Positions 26,372-38,950 of a stretch of DNA of 64,000 bases are shown here, in pieces. The notes beneath the pieces are model-generated. The model did not search any database and was not told the origin of the DNA. It worked only from the letters and a program-made list of their open reading frames with translations. The stretch covers positions 124,001-188,000 of the forward strand of contig JBDOQK010000002.1 in the NCBI GenBank assembly GCA_040437565.1, read 5' to 3'. The DNA is from Albugo candida (taxonomy: Eukaryota). A program made the position numbers and the translations under genes. Each line of letters begins with the position of its first letter. The stretch's first letter is position 1.

Positions 26372-29300
26372 AAAATATTTAGGTCCTTAGTTCGCAAACT
26401 CTCTTGCTACTCTAAGCCTACTGGATTCTTCGAGTATACCTTGATAGTTTTCCATACCGCGCATTACTAGTCGTACAGTCGCGCATTAGTAATCGCCTGG
26501 CCGTGCGTCAGTAATCCCGTGCCTTTCCCAGCATACATCGTGCGATAGCGTAACCTGACAACAACACACCCTTCTTCAACATCTTACGCTTCATAATTGT
26601 CGCATTGGTGCTTTCGCATCTAGTACAACTTATGTTGATTATCAGCAAAAATAGCTATCGGTCCACCAATACTCATGTTCGTCTTGTTTCACGCATCCTC
26701 ATATGCGCCAGCTATTCATGGACAATTGTACCCCAAAGTTGCAGTCAGCCTTGTCATACTATCATGGATGGAAAATATCCAAAGTGATGATATGCAACGC
26801 AACAGAATCCCGATGCAAATTGTGATTTCTTAGATGCTTCCTTGTATCAACTCGCAATGCGTGAAGGCATGTTGAGCGCAGATTATAAAACTTACAACAG
26901 CGCTGAAGAAAGCATTAGGCCGGTATTGGACGTCGAGCTCTCCACCAAGCGCGTCCAAAATCCAAACCACGATTGAGCTGATCTTTGTGAGAGATTAGCC
27001 TGATAATATATTAAAGTTGAGTCAACCACTTTTACAAAATACGATATGCTTACTTTGCTTCGATATCGTCTAAAAGGAACATTGATCGGTGAATTTGCTG
27101 TAGGTGCGCTTGATTTCTCAATCTGCGTGTGAATTAGGTGTCTTCAATTTCAGATCAGTTACTATAGCAGGCCGCTTTCGTGTTTCAGTTCCAAATCAAG
27201 TCCGTGATGGTGGAGTATGAGATAACGAATAAAACTGATTCCTCTCGCGGTATCCGATGCCAGAACATTGAAAATAGCTTTTTGCGCTTTCCTCACCTGC
27301 GCAATGCACTGACCAACCGATCATGCATATACATGCGATTGGTCTTCTCTACCATATCGCATGACTCGGCGACTTTCTGTATTATCGCTTGCTGTGGATG
27401 CCAAGTCATTCGCTTCTTCGTGTTCCCAGTCTCCTGATCCTAAACAAGTATCGGGGCGGCAACCGTAGGTGCAATGGCTTCAATTGAGCTGATAGATCCT
27501 TATTTGCTGATCTGACAAGGTCAGGCAATAGTGCTCCAAACCTCGCTAAAGTGTTGTGATTTGTTCATTCAAAAGGCGCACTTGCTGATACCTTCTATGA
27601 TATATAGCTTATAATAGGGTCTTCACTTTCAGCTTTTTTTGGAGTGATATCCTTTTTAGATTGGTCGCATGACACCTCAAGAATACTATTGTGTGGCCCA
27701 GCGCTGCTCTCATGAGGATTCCGCTGAAGTTCAAAATGAATCAAAGTAGTATTTGTGTCGGACCGTGATGCACTGCAATATTGATTTGATTGGATGGTAC
27801 ATGATAGCCCGGTGAGTTATCTCCAAAAACAGACACACTAATCACAACATCGTCCATGGCATGATAAAATCTCTCTTCAGTTTTCTCGTTTGCGATAACA
27901 TACTTCACTGTCGCTTTTTCTTGAGTGTACGCTCTTATTCACGGTTTTCTTCCAGGTGAGTACGGAGCTTTTTTATCACCTTACTAGCTTCTTCTTGTAC
28001 TCTTCGGTCCATGGACTCGGTCGATATATACTCACAAAGCTGTTTTGTAGACAAGTGATGACTCCACAACGGGGCTGAAGAAGTCTTTGATGACTGCTTG
28101 GGAATTACGTGTCGAAGCAGGACGTTTCAAGCGAGGGAGCATTATAGCTGCTATTTTATCGCAAGTTAATTTCTTTTCCTTACCAAGTCAATACTACTAT
28201 CAACACCAGCTACCTAAGAACAGTCTTGTTGAATGCGAACGTATTTTTGTCGTGAATGATACAGACATCATGCCTGCGATTTTCATGTTTCTGATCTGAA
28301 GCTTTAATGATCGATTCTCAGTAAGTAATTGCTGATTTCTTATGATCGACTCAATAATGTGTTGCGCACCTGTTGTAGCTTGTTCTTCTCATCGAGTAGT
28401 CGCTTCAAAGCTCCGCAATCTGCACGACATATGTCCTTAATCAGTCTTATTTACCTGCTCCCTGAGCACAAGAAGCGTTACTCATTTATGACTTTCGCAC
28501 TTGATAAAATCAAAATTCTACTAAATCAATTTCGACCTCTTTTTTCCAACTTCATACAATCGGCAAGAAACAAGTCGTAGCCCCAAGTGTCTATGGGTCC
28601 CATCTATCCCGTTTGCGGCATACAATGTTTACACAGTGAGAAGTTTGTATCTGAAAACATGGCTGGCCTCTCACTCTTTCTCAGTCGGACGCTGTGATGA
28701 GATTTTATGGCAGGTGGAGACTGCTGGTATCGCTCAGAATTCAGTCGATCGTCTAGGATGCGTTTGCGATCTCACCCAGTGGTGAATCTATCTGTCATCT
28801 ACTACCTCCTGCTACAGCTTACTGTCTACGTTATAAAGTATCCTCAGCAGCTTTTCTTAGCCGGATCCAATGTATATATCCTTCTTTTGTTGGAGATTTG
28901 TGCCCAAACGCTTCATTTGTAAGCCATGTATTGCTTTCCATGGGAAAAAGATTGGACGTTTCGGACCTTGGAAGAAGTGGCTGACTATTTCTTAACGCGC
29001 GATGTGGTTAGGACACTAAGCCAAGTTTTTACCACACATTGTACGCACTCGTATCATAAGAGGTGGCACTTTAGCAGGGGATAAACACCAGACCTTTTTG
29101 TGTTATTAGGCAATTTTTGCATGATTAACATGCACTAAATATACCGCATCATGGCTCTTACTTGAGATAAACTTCTACCTCTTAGATTTTGGTTTTTATT
29201 GGTGTCTGTTTCAAATGTCGAGTACAAGTCGTCAGATTGACACTGACTACCTCCGTTGCCAGAAGCAATTCCTTCTTTTGCATTTTTGACACCGCTTCAA

Positions 29301-29559
29301 TCGCTATCAGTTGAACATAAAGGATAGGTATTGAAAAGGAAATCCTAGAGGCTGCATAAATTCATAATTTGAATAAGTCGAATACGAAAATCTTATTTAC
29401 ATGTGACATTATTATATTACATTATTGTACAATAGCNNNNNNNNNNNNNNNNNNNNNNNNNNNNNNNNNNNNNNNNNNNNNNNNNNNNNNNNNNNNNNNN
29501 NNNNNNNNNNNNNNNNNNNNNNNNNNNNNNNNNNNNAGCAATCCTTTTTATTATGTATT

Positions 29560-30626
29560 GCGTTAGTGTTACTCTCTCTTTTTCAATGCTTCCAAATACA
29601 AACCCAAAGCTTTCTGCACTTTGTCGGCTTGCATCAAATCGAGAAACTTTTCGAAATCCTCCGTTTTCGCATCTTGAATGCGATCTGCTACATTCTGACG
29701 CATCAGACGATTGGTACCAACATGAGCGTGATCTGTGATTTATTTCAAAATATCAAAATGATATCCCAAACCTGAAATGTGATATAACGAGTACCTGGAA
29801 TAGCAGGCCGCTTTTCCATTGTGACTTTACATCGAGGGAGAACTTCCTCTATCACACATGCTTCATCCACCAATCCCACTAGTTTGCTTTCGCTGCATCC
29901 AGTTGCAGCCCGAGTCCGAGCAGTTTTTCTGCTTGGCGATTGCCAACAGTATTGATAAAGATTTTTCAAACCCATTTTGGCACAACATACTTATTGTGTC
30001 TCGTTAAGCCCGATTTTTGATTTTCCCTGTTGCCATGATTCGATAGTCACAGCACATTGCAAGTATACATCCACCTGCTGGGCTGTGGCCTTCAATAGCG
30101 GCTACGCAAGCAAGACGAGTTGGGTATAGTCGAGAGATAAGGTTGTGTAGTGACTGATAAAAAGTCTTGAGCTTTTTGGGCTAAGCACAGAAATAAGTAC
30201 GAGAAAGCAGGTTAATTGAAACAAAACCATTCCGTACATGTGGCTGATACAATTCCGATAAATCAAGTCCCGCAGAAAATTCGTGGGGTCGAAACGCTAA
30301 GATCATTCCGCTGATGACATATTAGATATCCAAATTCTTAAATAGTTGAATTGATTAATATACCGACAAGACTTTTCGGACTCCAATTTTGCAATAGTCG
30401 CATCTAAAGGTTGGAACAACTGCGATGCGTGAGGAGCCAAAGGTCTCATCGCACTTGCATACCGTACCTTTCTGCTTGGTATATTAATCGGCGGATTATA
30501 CAAACGTTTGATACTGTATAATATCCATCATACGGTTCTCGTAAAATTAACGAATCACAGGTAGTAGAAAAACTTCGTGCGCCTGCTTACTGGAAGGTAT
30601 GACGGACATGCTTTCCAACGTGCCAT
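29560..30626 (-). pseudogene. ECI1: Unprocessed pseudogene of mitochondrial 3,2-trans-enoyl-CoA isomerase (crotonase family)
   Basis: Minus-strand LYPTRLACVAAIEGHSPAGGCILAMCCDYRIMATGKSKIGLNET, TVGNRQAEKLL, VGLVDE and DKVQKALGLYLEALKK. About four GT-AG introns retained. In-frame stop after GLNETQ and several frameshifts. Confidence 0.85.
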
Positions 30627-30799
30627 GTCGGAGTCTATTATTCCTCGTAATATTAGCTGTGGCGGAAATTCTGCACTTTCGGGCGCATCGAAAATATTTA
30701 TTTTGAAGTTCAAGTTCCTTAAGGATACAAACCGACGTTTGTAAAAGGGGAAATGTCTCAAAATGGATCTTATTACTTATTAGCCCCTTGAAAGCTAAT

Positions 30800-33170
30800 G
30801 CTGGGATGCATAAAATATTATTGTGTTGCCATGTGCGAGGTCCTACTCAATGTCTCCGACTGCATTCCAGAACGTCTCTCTATAAGAACAGTCAAAAAGA
30901 TCAAATCGCACCGAGGACTACAAATAATGAACGTCGTGTTCCGTTGAAAAGGGACCTCGCAATGCATAGGGTTCAATATACGGTCTCAGGACAATTGTAC
31001 GCCAATTAAAGCATTCATTTTCAGGCATGACACTACCAAAAGAATAGAAATCTACTGCAGCGGTTACAGCGAACTTTGAAGTGTAGGAGTGATGAAAATA
31101 TCAGAAAGTCTTCACAGCGGTAGAGCCAGGTTGTTCCAGCACGAAAGATTCCGTCAAAAATCGAAATTTGGTCTATGATTAAATCGATCAGCCACCACAG
31201 GAGTGACTCTGGGTTGTATACTCCAGTACGTACTTGGCATATTTTCCAAAGAAAGATATCAAATATGGTTGTAGCGGTACCGATATGCCATCGTATATAG
31301 ATAATTAGCGCGCACAAAACGTTACGACACTATATGTAAAGTAACTCTTCTTGCATCACAGTGTGAGATGTGTCAAGCCGCAAAGAAACTGACTTTTTTG
31401 GATTGGAACTTAACGAATGGCTTAAACAACATAGATAGCCAAATCCAAGAGTGAGTGCTGACGCTATCTGAGCATACTAATGTGCGTGTCATAGTAACTC
31501 TCACATTGAACAACGCCCTCAGTCTTCGACATGCATACGATCAACTTCTTAATAGAATGCTTTCTGCGCGCTAACATCATGCACCGCCGTAGTTTTGAGA
31601 ACGGAATAAACATAATATATTATGAGAGCACAAGGCTTTTCCTGGTAATGGAATCGCTCGAACGAGTGATGAAATGATGAGTAAGGACACTGCATCATCG
31701 TCCTTGCCGTCACAACGTTGTACGCCGGAAATTGCAAAGTACATCATGATTTAAGCTTTCGTCATCGGAGTTGTTTCTTGATATGAATAGTTGATTCGAG
31801 AGCCGTGCAAAATGAAATGTTTAGTTCTCATTGTGGTTTCTAGAGTCCCATGTTCTTCAATGTCGTGCGGCATTGCCTGTGTAATCCCATCGAGATAGAT
31901 GAACAAATCATTAGCGTCCTTAATTAGCTCAGAAGTGAATTTTCTGCCCAAGGAGGCGATGTCATGTAGTGGGAAATAATGTAAAAAACCTATCCCGTCG
32001 CCGGAGAAATTTCTTCGTCTTGCTAACATTCAGTCCGTATACAATGAGTTTCGAGAACTACAGAAAGCTGCCCAAGACGCTGACGCTCTAGATAGCTCGC
32101 AAATAATTCTGTTAGTCTACTCATGTCAGGAGTACGTGATCTCCACGTGAATGAATCGCAATAGAAAATCGTGAGCTGCTTCGATCGGAAGCACATTAGG
32201 TAGGATGACTTTCCAGCGATTCGTACATTGTACGCGTAAGGTTTCAATTTCATGTGCTACCGAATGACCATTACCGTGGCAACTTATGTGCTCTCTTCCC
32301 TTTTTTCAACTGTTAGCTGCAATTTATCTTCCGGGAGCGGATAATAAAGCTCGCACAAAGCACTGCTTCCATAGGCGAGTTGGAAACTTGCGAAGTGAAG
32401 GGTGTTTTGTTATTACTCAATACAGTTTTCCAAAAGTGTGTCATCTTATTCTAAGCGCTATCAGCATTCTTCATTACCAAAGCACCTAAATATTTCATCA
32501 GTCTCATAACCCACTATCCCACATTTCACTGTGAAGAAAAAGATTAGATCTTCAGCTGTCCAAAATTTCAAGATTCTCATCCTTAGACTCCAACGTATCC
32601 TTTTCTCAGCCATGCAGCGTCATTTTTGATATGTTTGCAGCGATGACAAAAGGCGCAAACGCATGCAACTTACAATCCGTTTTTACCTTCATTGTAAGCG
32701 ACTCTCAAATGATGACTTTCCTGAATGAACACAAGTCATGGAACATTAGACCTGATGATAGAGTTTCTTTCCGTCAAGACAACCGTGGGCATGCCATCAA
32801 AGCTAACGAACAATAACACAACTGGATAGAGATCGTTTCAATTCAATACCGTCAACAAATTTTATGGTCTTAGATTGCCCACGCCCCGTAAAAATCAGCC
32901 GAGGCGCTATTTGATACCATGTATAAATGTGCGTGGTCTGTTTTGTCCAATTCGATAGCCTCTCTTTACACATTTTTATTTTCTACGTCTAGCCCGGCCA
33001 TATCCAAACACTTGACTAGTACCATCTCGAATATCTTTCGTCTATTAATACTTGTTTTTCTGGATAATCTGCAATTTTCGTTTGCTTCTAAAGCCCATTT
33101 TACTTGACCCTTCACACTGTATAAACACATGCACAAATAAGCATCCCCATTGCTTACATCAAGTGTATGT
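30800..33170 (-). pseudogene. Decayed divergent Hsp70-like family member (copy 5; best-preserved alignment)
   Basis: ORF 31751-32029 aligns without gaps over 69 aa to Hsc70 GLNVLRIINEPTAAA...[41 protein letters not shown] (13 identities by hand count). ORF 32023-32253 MSRLTELFASYLERQRLGQLSVVL matches the preceding helix/strand. SBD-like ESFVLEQP..KFAVTAAVD near 31050-31150. Signal-like MGMLICACVY and VKCLDMAG near the start. Confidence 0.6.
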
Positions 33171-33229
33171 CAAAAATGATTTCAATTTTGAAAAATGAGT
33201 CAGAGGCATCCGATATACTACCCAGAGAG

Positions 33230-35600
33230 AGGATGAGCCGCTTGTCTTGATCCGTGCACTCCACGCTTGCAGTCATCCTTGAGCAAGCTTCGTCGAGCTT
33301 CACGAGAGGCTCCAAACACTTCCGTCATATTGGATTCACGTACTTGCAGTCAAGTCTGATTACCGTTATGTGTGCTCCTTCGAACAAGAAATTGATTGAA
33401 ATCTCCTACTTTTCAGCCACGCTCTTGCACATAAATCTTTGGCTGAAGATCTAGAGTGATCATCGTGACGATGATAGCGAACCCTTCACATCGTTGATTT
33501 TCTAGGCTAGTGCTGGGTCGACTCTGGTCGCTGTCTTCATTGCGCCAAGATGTTCATGTAATTTTTTATTTGATAACTTATACGGTGTTTATTCCGATAA
33601 GATGTAGTTGTCCTCGAGCAGCATCTCGTGTGATTCATCGCTGTTGATCTATTAACCTTTGGAATCATAAGATGGCAAGGATCCTCAAAGATGCTTACTT
33701 CAACAGCGCTATCCTGATTTGTTGCACATAGTAGCTGGACGTCTTGACTTCACTATAAACTCATCGGTACGATGTGGCTGTTCATCAAACCATGCCCAGC
33801 AGCCTTTTCATTCTGAAATGTGGTCCCAAGCTCTGCTGACCATGTGAGCACTGTCAGCCTTAGAGCACAAAAACGTTCAGGTGGCCTCAAAGAGACCTAT
33901 TCGATACTGAATACGCATCAATAGTGTGTAAGTGATAGGACTACGTGAAGGAATAGCGTTCACCTGGCTGTACGCTATTCTACCCTCTGGGTTGATGTAA
34001 GCTATATACATATATAAAAATGGAAATTACCGTAAGCACTTCATCGTGGTCCCATAATCGCAATACGAGTGAAGTAGACCTAGATTTTTTCGATTGGGTC
34101 TTCTTACGTGATCAATTGCAAGATGATGCATCTGATTTATCGTAATAAACCGCTAGCCGTGATCAACATCTCTTGCATCCTGTCAGAAGAGAGACATCGC
34201 GAAAGAATGAAACCCCGCTTCAAGTTTCCGTAATTTGTTGCTGTCTTCTACTCACGCCCATCATTGTTCTCATTTGGACGATATCGACGAAAATCTAGCA
34301 ATACTTTGCGCACAAAGTTTGTGGTAGAGATTACGCCTACATCCGTTTCGTTTATATGCGATAACGAACGTATTCATCATATACATAGGACCAGTGTGGT
34401 TCTTCAAGTGAGTTTTGTGTGGAGCGATGGCTTTCATGTGCTCTTGTTGCTGATTATCGATCTATTGAAGGTTTGTTGTATTCGTGCATATAGCACTTAC
34501 GTAATCGTGTCCGTTTCAGCTAATTCATCACTTTGGCGCTTTGATGTCATTCCTTATCAAAATCTAGGACTGTCGTTGGTGTTGTTCAGTTTGTTGAAAT
34601 CATTTGTTTAATCACGTACACGCTTCCCAGATTTTTGGAAATCTCTGCATGGGTAATAGAGGATCTAGAAGCATACTCGGTCATGCTAGTATAAAGAAAC
34701 CGCACACATTTCAAAGAATGATGTCATTAAGCAATTTAATCAAACTGCGTTTATGTACATCATCTGGCCCTGTTGAAACATTCGATTGTATCTATCTTGG
34801 GAAAAGATCAAGGTCTTACAGCATTCAATCTGTCTTCTGCGTGCCCATTCTTCTCTCTTATCGCTTTTCTTATCAATGGGATTCTACAAAGATACCCATA
34901 GTATTTTGCATGAAAAACAAACAGGGTTAATTGAAAGATTTGTCCGAACATCATCGCCAAAAAAATAAACCATAGGGAAGGACGAGAGCTATACGACTAG
35001 TGAACCAAATGCATGAAGTTCGTGCTGAACAAGAAACATTAAAAATTACGGAAGACTGGATTTATTTCTACTACGAACAAGCGAATGCGCATGACGCACA
35101 CGTCTTCAACCACGGAGAATATTAATTTTGCAATATCTGCTTCATACCTCGCAGTTCTTTCAGTTCTAAATTATTACCTTTTTTCCAGTCCCTAATTGTG
35201 AGAAGCCTGGCTTATGTGACTCTCGACGTAAAAAATGAAAGAAGGGAATTGGTCACAAGAATAATCGAAGTTGAAGAAACTAGCTGTGCAAGCACAGAGA
35301 TTTTGAAGTTTCTTGAAAAAACGACAATCTAGGAACGAGACCTTAAGCCTTATATTTCTTCGTCCATCTCCATGGTACTTCATACACGACGACATTGGCT
35401 CCTAGCAACTCGGCGATGCAAGCAAATGTTATGAGAAGGTCTCGAGCATAAGGCATTGTGTGATAGAGGAAGTGGATAATCTCAGCCGGTAACATTATTA
35501 AGTAGTCATGTTCCATGCGAAGTAAAATTGTTAGACTCGAAGCACCATTCTTTGGCTATAAAATTGTGATTATCTCAGATCTGTCGACAGATATCAAGTA
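33230..35600 (-). pseudogene. Decayed divergent Hsp70-like family member (copy 6)
   Basis: TFACIAELLGA (xxxCxxxxxG, CCG-like) at ~35400-35430, then DSAVEVSIF..STAMNH, EISINFLFEG (~SIEIDSLFEG) and RKCLEPLVK (~RxTLDPVEK). Confidence 0.45.
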
Positions 35601-36359
35601 CATATAAAATGCAGGTCATTTGTTTTGCTTACCTTAGCCAGCCACATGTCAGGAAACCTTCCGACGACCTCAATGCACGGTGACGCATATCGTAAGCATA
35701 CCTAGGTCATCAGGCTCTCTGCTATTTTATCTCGCCTCCAGAAGCTGTCTGAAAACGGTATTCTCGTGAGAAGAAATTTATCCAAGCTGATTTGAATACT
35801 TTTCTTAAAAAAACGCAATTCCTGACCTGATTTCAGCGACACCATGGAGAGAAACGGTGGGCTTAGCTTAATGAATCCAAAGCAGAACTTTTTTTTCTTC
35901 AAATGTCATGTAAAGTGAGAGAGTAAGCTCTTGTATGTCGACAAACAAACACAAATTTGGAAGAGGCTGTTTCTTGTCATGAAAATTGTCCTACAGTAAA
36001 ATTCTGACTTCAAAGTTGAAAAACGTCTTGGCGGAGAGCAAGAAGCACTGGTCGCGCCTCTGACATCAAATTGGCAAGAAAAGACTCAGCTGGACATTAT
36101 TCAGTCTCTGGTAAGTGGCAAGGTGGCATATAATTTCGAAACTAATTTTCACGCATGACGTAGCCATTGATAGAAAATTCTGGAAATGCTAGATGCAGCC
36201 ACCTACCTCATGGAGGCAACTGCGGCTCCCACGCCAAAGCGCTTCATATTGAGAATCAATTCTTTTGATCTATTTTGAAGATACTACGCTGGTTGAAAGG
36301 GTGGGTTATCTCGCTTATTTATATCTGAATCAAGTGGTTTCGACCGCGCTATTTTCGGG

Positions 36360-37451
36360 ATGACCAGCTCAAGTGGAATCGCTAGTATACGATCGGTCCG
36401 AGACGCTAATGAAGCGAGGATTGCGGCGAAAAAGCTTGAGTTGGATACTAAAGCTATGGAAAGTCGACTATGTGCTGTAAGGCTGGCAGTTTTACACGAT
36501 CAACAGAAGCTAGAACTTGAACGCTCACAAAAGCACAATGGACACCGATGGAAGAGCTCAAGAAAGAATCGCCAAAAGCCAGAGTCGAAGATCGAAAGTA
36601 GAAATAGTACTGACAATCAAAACAATGAGAAAATTACAATGGCAAGCCAGCATCAGCCTAAACGAAACGTGCGGAAATGGGATCGATGTGACATCCAAAA
36701 GTGGCTTACTCGGATTGGAATGGAGGAATACGGCGCTGCTTTCGAGTTCAACAATGTGACGGGAGCTATACTACTCAAGTTGGAAGATCAAGATCTTATT
36801 TATTTAGGCGTGGAGACCTCATCGACGCGTGATCGAATGCTTAAAGCAATCAAAAAGCTTCGTAGCGGTAAGTCAATTGATGCAAAGACCACCGAGAACG
36901 TTAACTTTACGCAAAAGGAAACTCCGGATGACAAATCTTTGCTTATTCATTGGTCCCACACTACCCCAATGAGAGGAAACAGATCAGAAAATGCATTGGA
37001 GCAACAAGCGACCGTCAACGCGGCTGATGCTGTGGATGCACTGCACATGTCCAACATCAATGGGATATTACAATGGAAAGAACATGAAGGCGACACATTG
37101 TCGCAAGATAAATTTTGGAGCAATCCAGCGGACAAAGTCACGAACGGAGAGCTGAAGAAAGGTATCTTGAATGAAGAGAAGGAACATGAAGCTTTCCGTG
37201 CGGCTGTATCCGCATGGAGGACGGCCTCTCGATCGACAAATAACATCGAAAACGTTGTGCGTGAACGGAAGGAGAAAGAATGCTCAGCTATAGTCAGTAA
37301 GCAAAGCTGCTGGCAGTGTTACCGCTTGGGAACTACTGAATCAATGACACACGATTTAGACTTGAGCAAAGGATTTTGCAGCGTGACGTGCAGAAACCTA
37401 TACAAGAATGAATGTGCACGCTATCACGAGCGAATAGCGGAAAGTGAATGA
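36360..37451 (+). CDS. SAM-domain protein with N-terminal coiled coil and C-terminal Cys4 (TRASH/MYM-like) zinc finger
   Basis: Intact 363-aa ORF. SAM: WDRCDIQKWLTRIGMEEYGAAFEFNNVTGAILLKLEDQDLIYLGV...RMLKAI. C-terminal CWQC...FCSVTC. Confidence 0.85.
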   Translation: MTSSSGIASIRSVRDANEARIAAKKLELDTKAMESRLCAVRLAVLHDQQKLELERSQKHNGHRWKSSRKNRQKPESKIESRNSTDNQNNEKITMASQHQPKRNVRKWDRCDIQKWLTRIGMEEYGAAFEFNNVTGAILLKLEDQDLIYLGVETSSTRDRMLKAIKKLRSGKSIDAKTTENVNFTQKETPDDKSLLIHWSHTTPMRGNRSENALEQQATVNAADAVDALHMSNINGILQWKEHEGDTLSQDKFWSNPADKVTNGELKKGILNEEKEHEAFRAAVSAWRTASRSTNNIENVVRERKEKECSAIVSKQSCWQCYRLGTTESMTHDLDLSKGFCSVTCRNLYKNECARYHERIAESE

Positions 37452-37599
37452 AACGGTGCAGCGGAACCGTCTTGTCGCTAACAACTGTATTTGCAATTTA
37501 CAATATCCATTTCCACGAAGTGATGTTTCCGGCCTGAGGGGGGTCATCCGTCTTCGTTCTTCAAACATTGGTTATATAAGCCATTGAAATATAAATCTC

Positions 37600-38950
37600 A
37601 TCTGCTTGTAGGGCGAGACCACCTGCTGCAGTATTCGTATAGTTTGATTTCGACCGTTCTGTAGAATTTGCTACAATAGAATTGTTTCTTATTGATAGAG
37701 TTTTTTTAAACTGCTATGTCCGATTGCGTGGCATACTCATCTGCTGTGCTGAAGATAGACCCAAGTTCAGAACGGATGCTACAGAAGTACGTACTAAGGA
37801 AGACAATGAGAATTTTTTTATATGTAGACGAGTGGCTTCATAATTGCATTCCTCATTTTTAAACATTCATCAAACTTTTCTTTCAGATGTTTTTTAGTCT
37901 ATATTGTACGTATTTTGCATCTCGCAGTAGTGCATATGTACTGTACCATCCATCACTGAGAATTGTAAACGAATATCGCCACGTATTATATTTCTGGTAG
38001 CTACACAAAATTAAAATCTTATTTCTCTTCCCGAAGAATGCCTTGATGACATCAACAAGAAAAGTCTCTAGATACGCAATCATTGTAAGTGACTAAAATC
38101 GCATCATACTTCCACTATGGCAATATAGTAGCAAAACCTATCTAATGACTTTAGTGTCAGTGCGTCGAGAACCGAAATCGGAGGCATAGATCTGGATCAC
38201 ATGACATATTCTTGACGTTCATGCGAGCAACGTTGCGATTTCGGGTTGGGAACGCTTTTGAATGTGACTGCTCACGACAGAAATTGAAAATTGGCATCCG
38301 CAGGGGGTCAATTTCTTGAAAATGCGATTTCAGCTTCGCTGCAGCTTGTTAGCAACTCACGGCGTCTGTATCGTACATTCTTTTTTTTTTGCATACAAAA
38401 AATCAAAATTTCGTCTGTGTGACTGATAATATAGTAACGATCCTCTCGATTGCTAGAAAGATGCATTGCGTGACTCGGATTGCTAGCAATCGACGGAGAG
38501 CTGCATTAGACGTTGAAATTAGGTGTCTACAGCCAAGTTAAAACACATGGGAGAAATGACCTGTGCATCTCCGTAAGCAACTGTTCATGCCTAATTCAAT
38601 TTGGACTGGGTTCAAATGAAGTAGTAACTCTCCATTTTGCCGGGTACGTCCATCGAGTTGGATATCAACGAGGACACTCTCCCGACCCTATTGTATAGAA
38701 TTTCTTAGGTCAGTGAGCGAAAGGAAATTGACATCATGTTAGAGCGGTGTATTCCAAGATTTTTTAAAAAGGATGCTACAATTGTAAAAATGGTAATGTA
38801 TCATCTCCCTTGTCTTCAAATCAGGAGAAAACAAGAGCGCTTCTCGATTGCACTTAGATCGTTGCTAAAGCGACTATCAATAGCTATGTGCAAGTACTAG
38901 TTTGTGCTAGACATATGTCGGGTAAGCTCGATAGGAACTGGAAGCCTGTT
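37600..38950 (-). pseudogene. Decayed divergent Hsp70-like family member (copy 7)
   Basis: ORF 37883-38083 NKILILCSYQKYNTWRYSFTILSDGWYSTYALLRD keeps the T..S..DG..D spacing of Hsp70 [22 protein letters not shown]. Boundaries approximate. Confidence 0.35.

Larger units (their letters stand above)
21387..26581 (-). mobile_element. Ty1/copia LTR retrotransposon (element 2), both LTRs present, degenerate
   Basis: TG...CA LTRs at 21387-21639 and 25641-26581 (the latter interrupted by a MITE). PPT at 21640-21648, PBS at 25629-25640. Motifs WILDSGS (PR), HQCLGHL (IN), GRSDETKGYRVY, VGVYVDDFLV (RT), VDNQAAI..AKHIDVR (RNase H). Flanks GCTTC/TCTTA give no clean 5-bp TSD. Confidence 0.95.
19051..26980 (+). 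pseudogene. Decayed divergent Hsp70-like family member (copy 4), split by copia element 2 (gene parts 19051-21386 and 26582-~26980)
   Basis: Signal-like LGRSSIFFASNLVIFLLYAGTALS, with SHGLLFHRARA (CHxCLxxxAG-like) at 19219 in the same frame. Then EIKMIGNA, RITFKY...EERSSMLI, MTLPDAF and ILNRSKID..ISYVIILTG. Beyond the copia, MFVL...APAIHGQLYPKVAVSL (~KFEL..IPPAPRGVPQIEVTF of the Hsp70 SBD). Confidence 0.55.

Noticed and set aside
27300-28900. Minus-strand decayed coiled-coil-like reading frames
   Set aside because: Many stops and no recognisable family; left unassigned.
35640-36250. Possible small spliced gene divergent from the SAM gene (MKRFGVGAAVASM then GTAGGT)
   Set aside because: Could not assemble a convincing open spliced frame.
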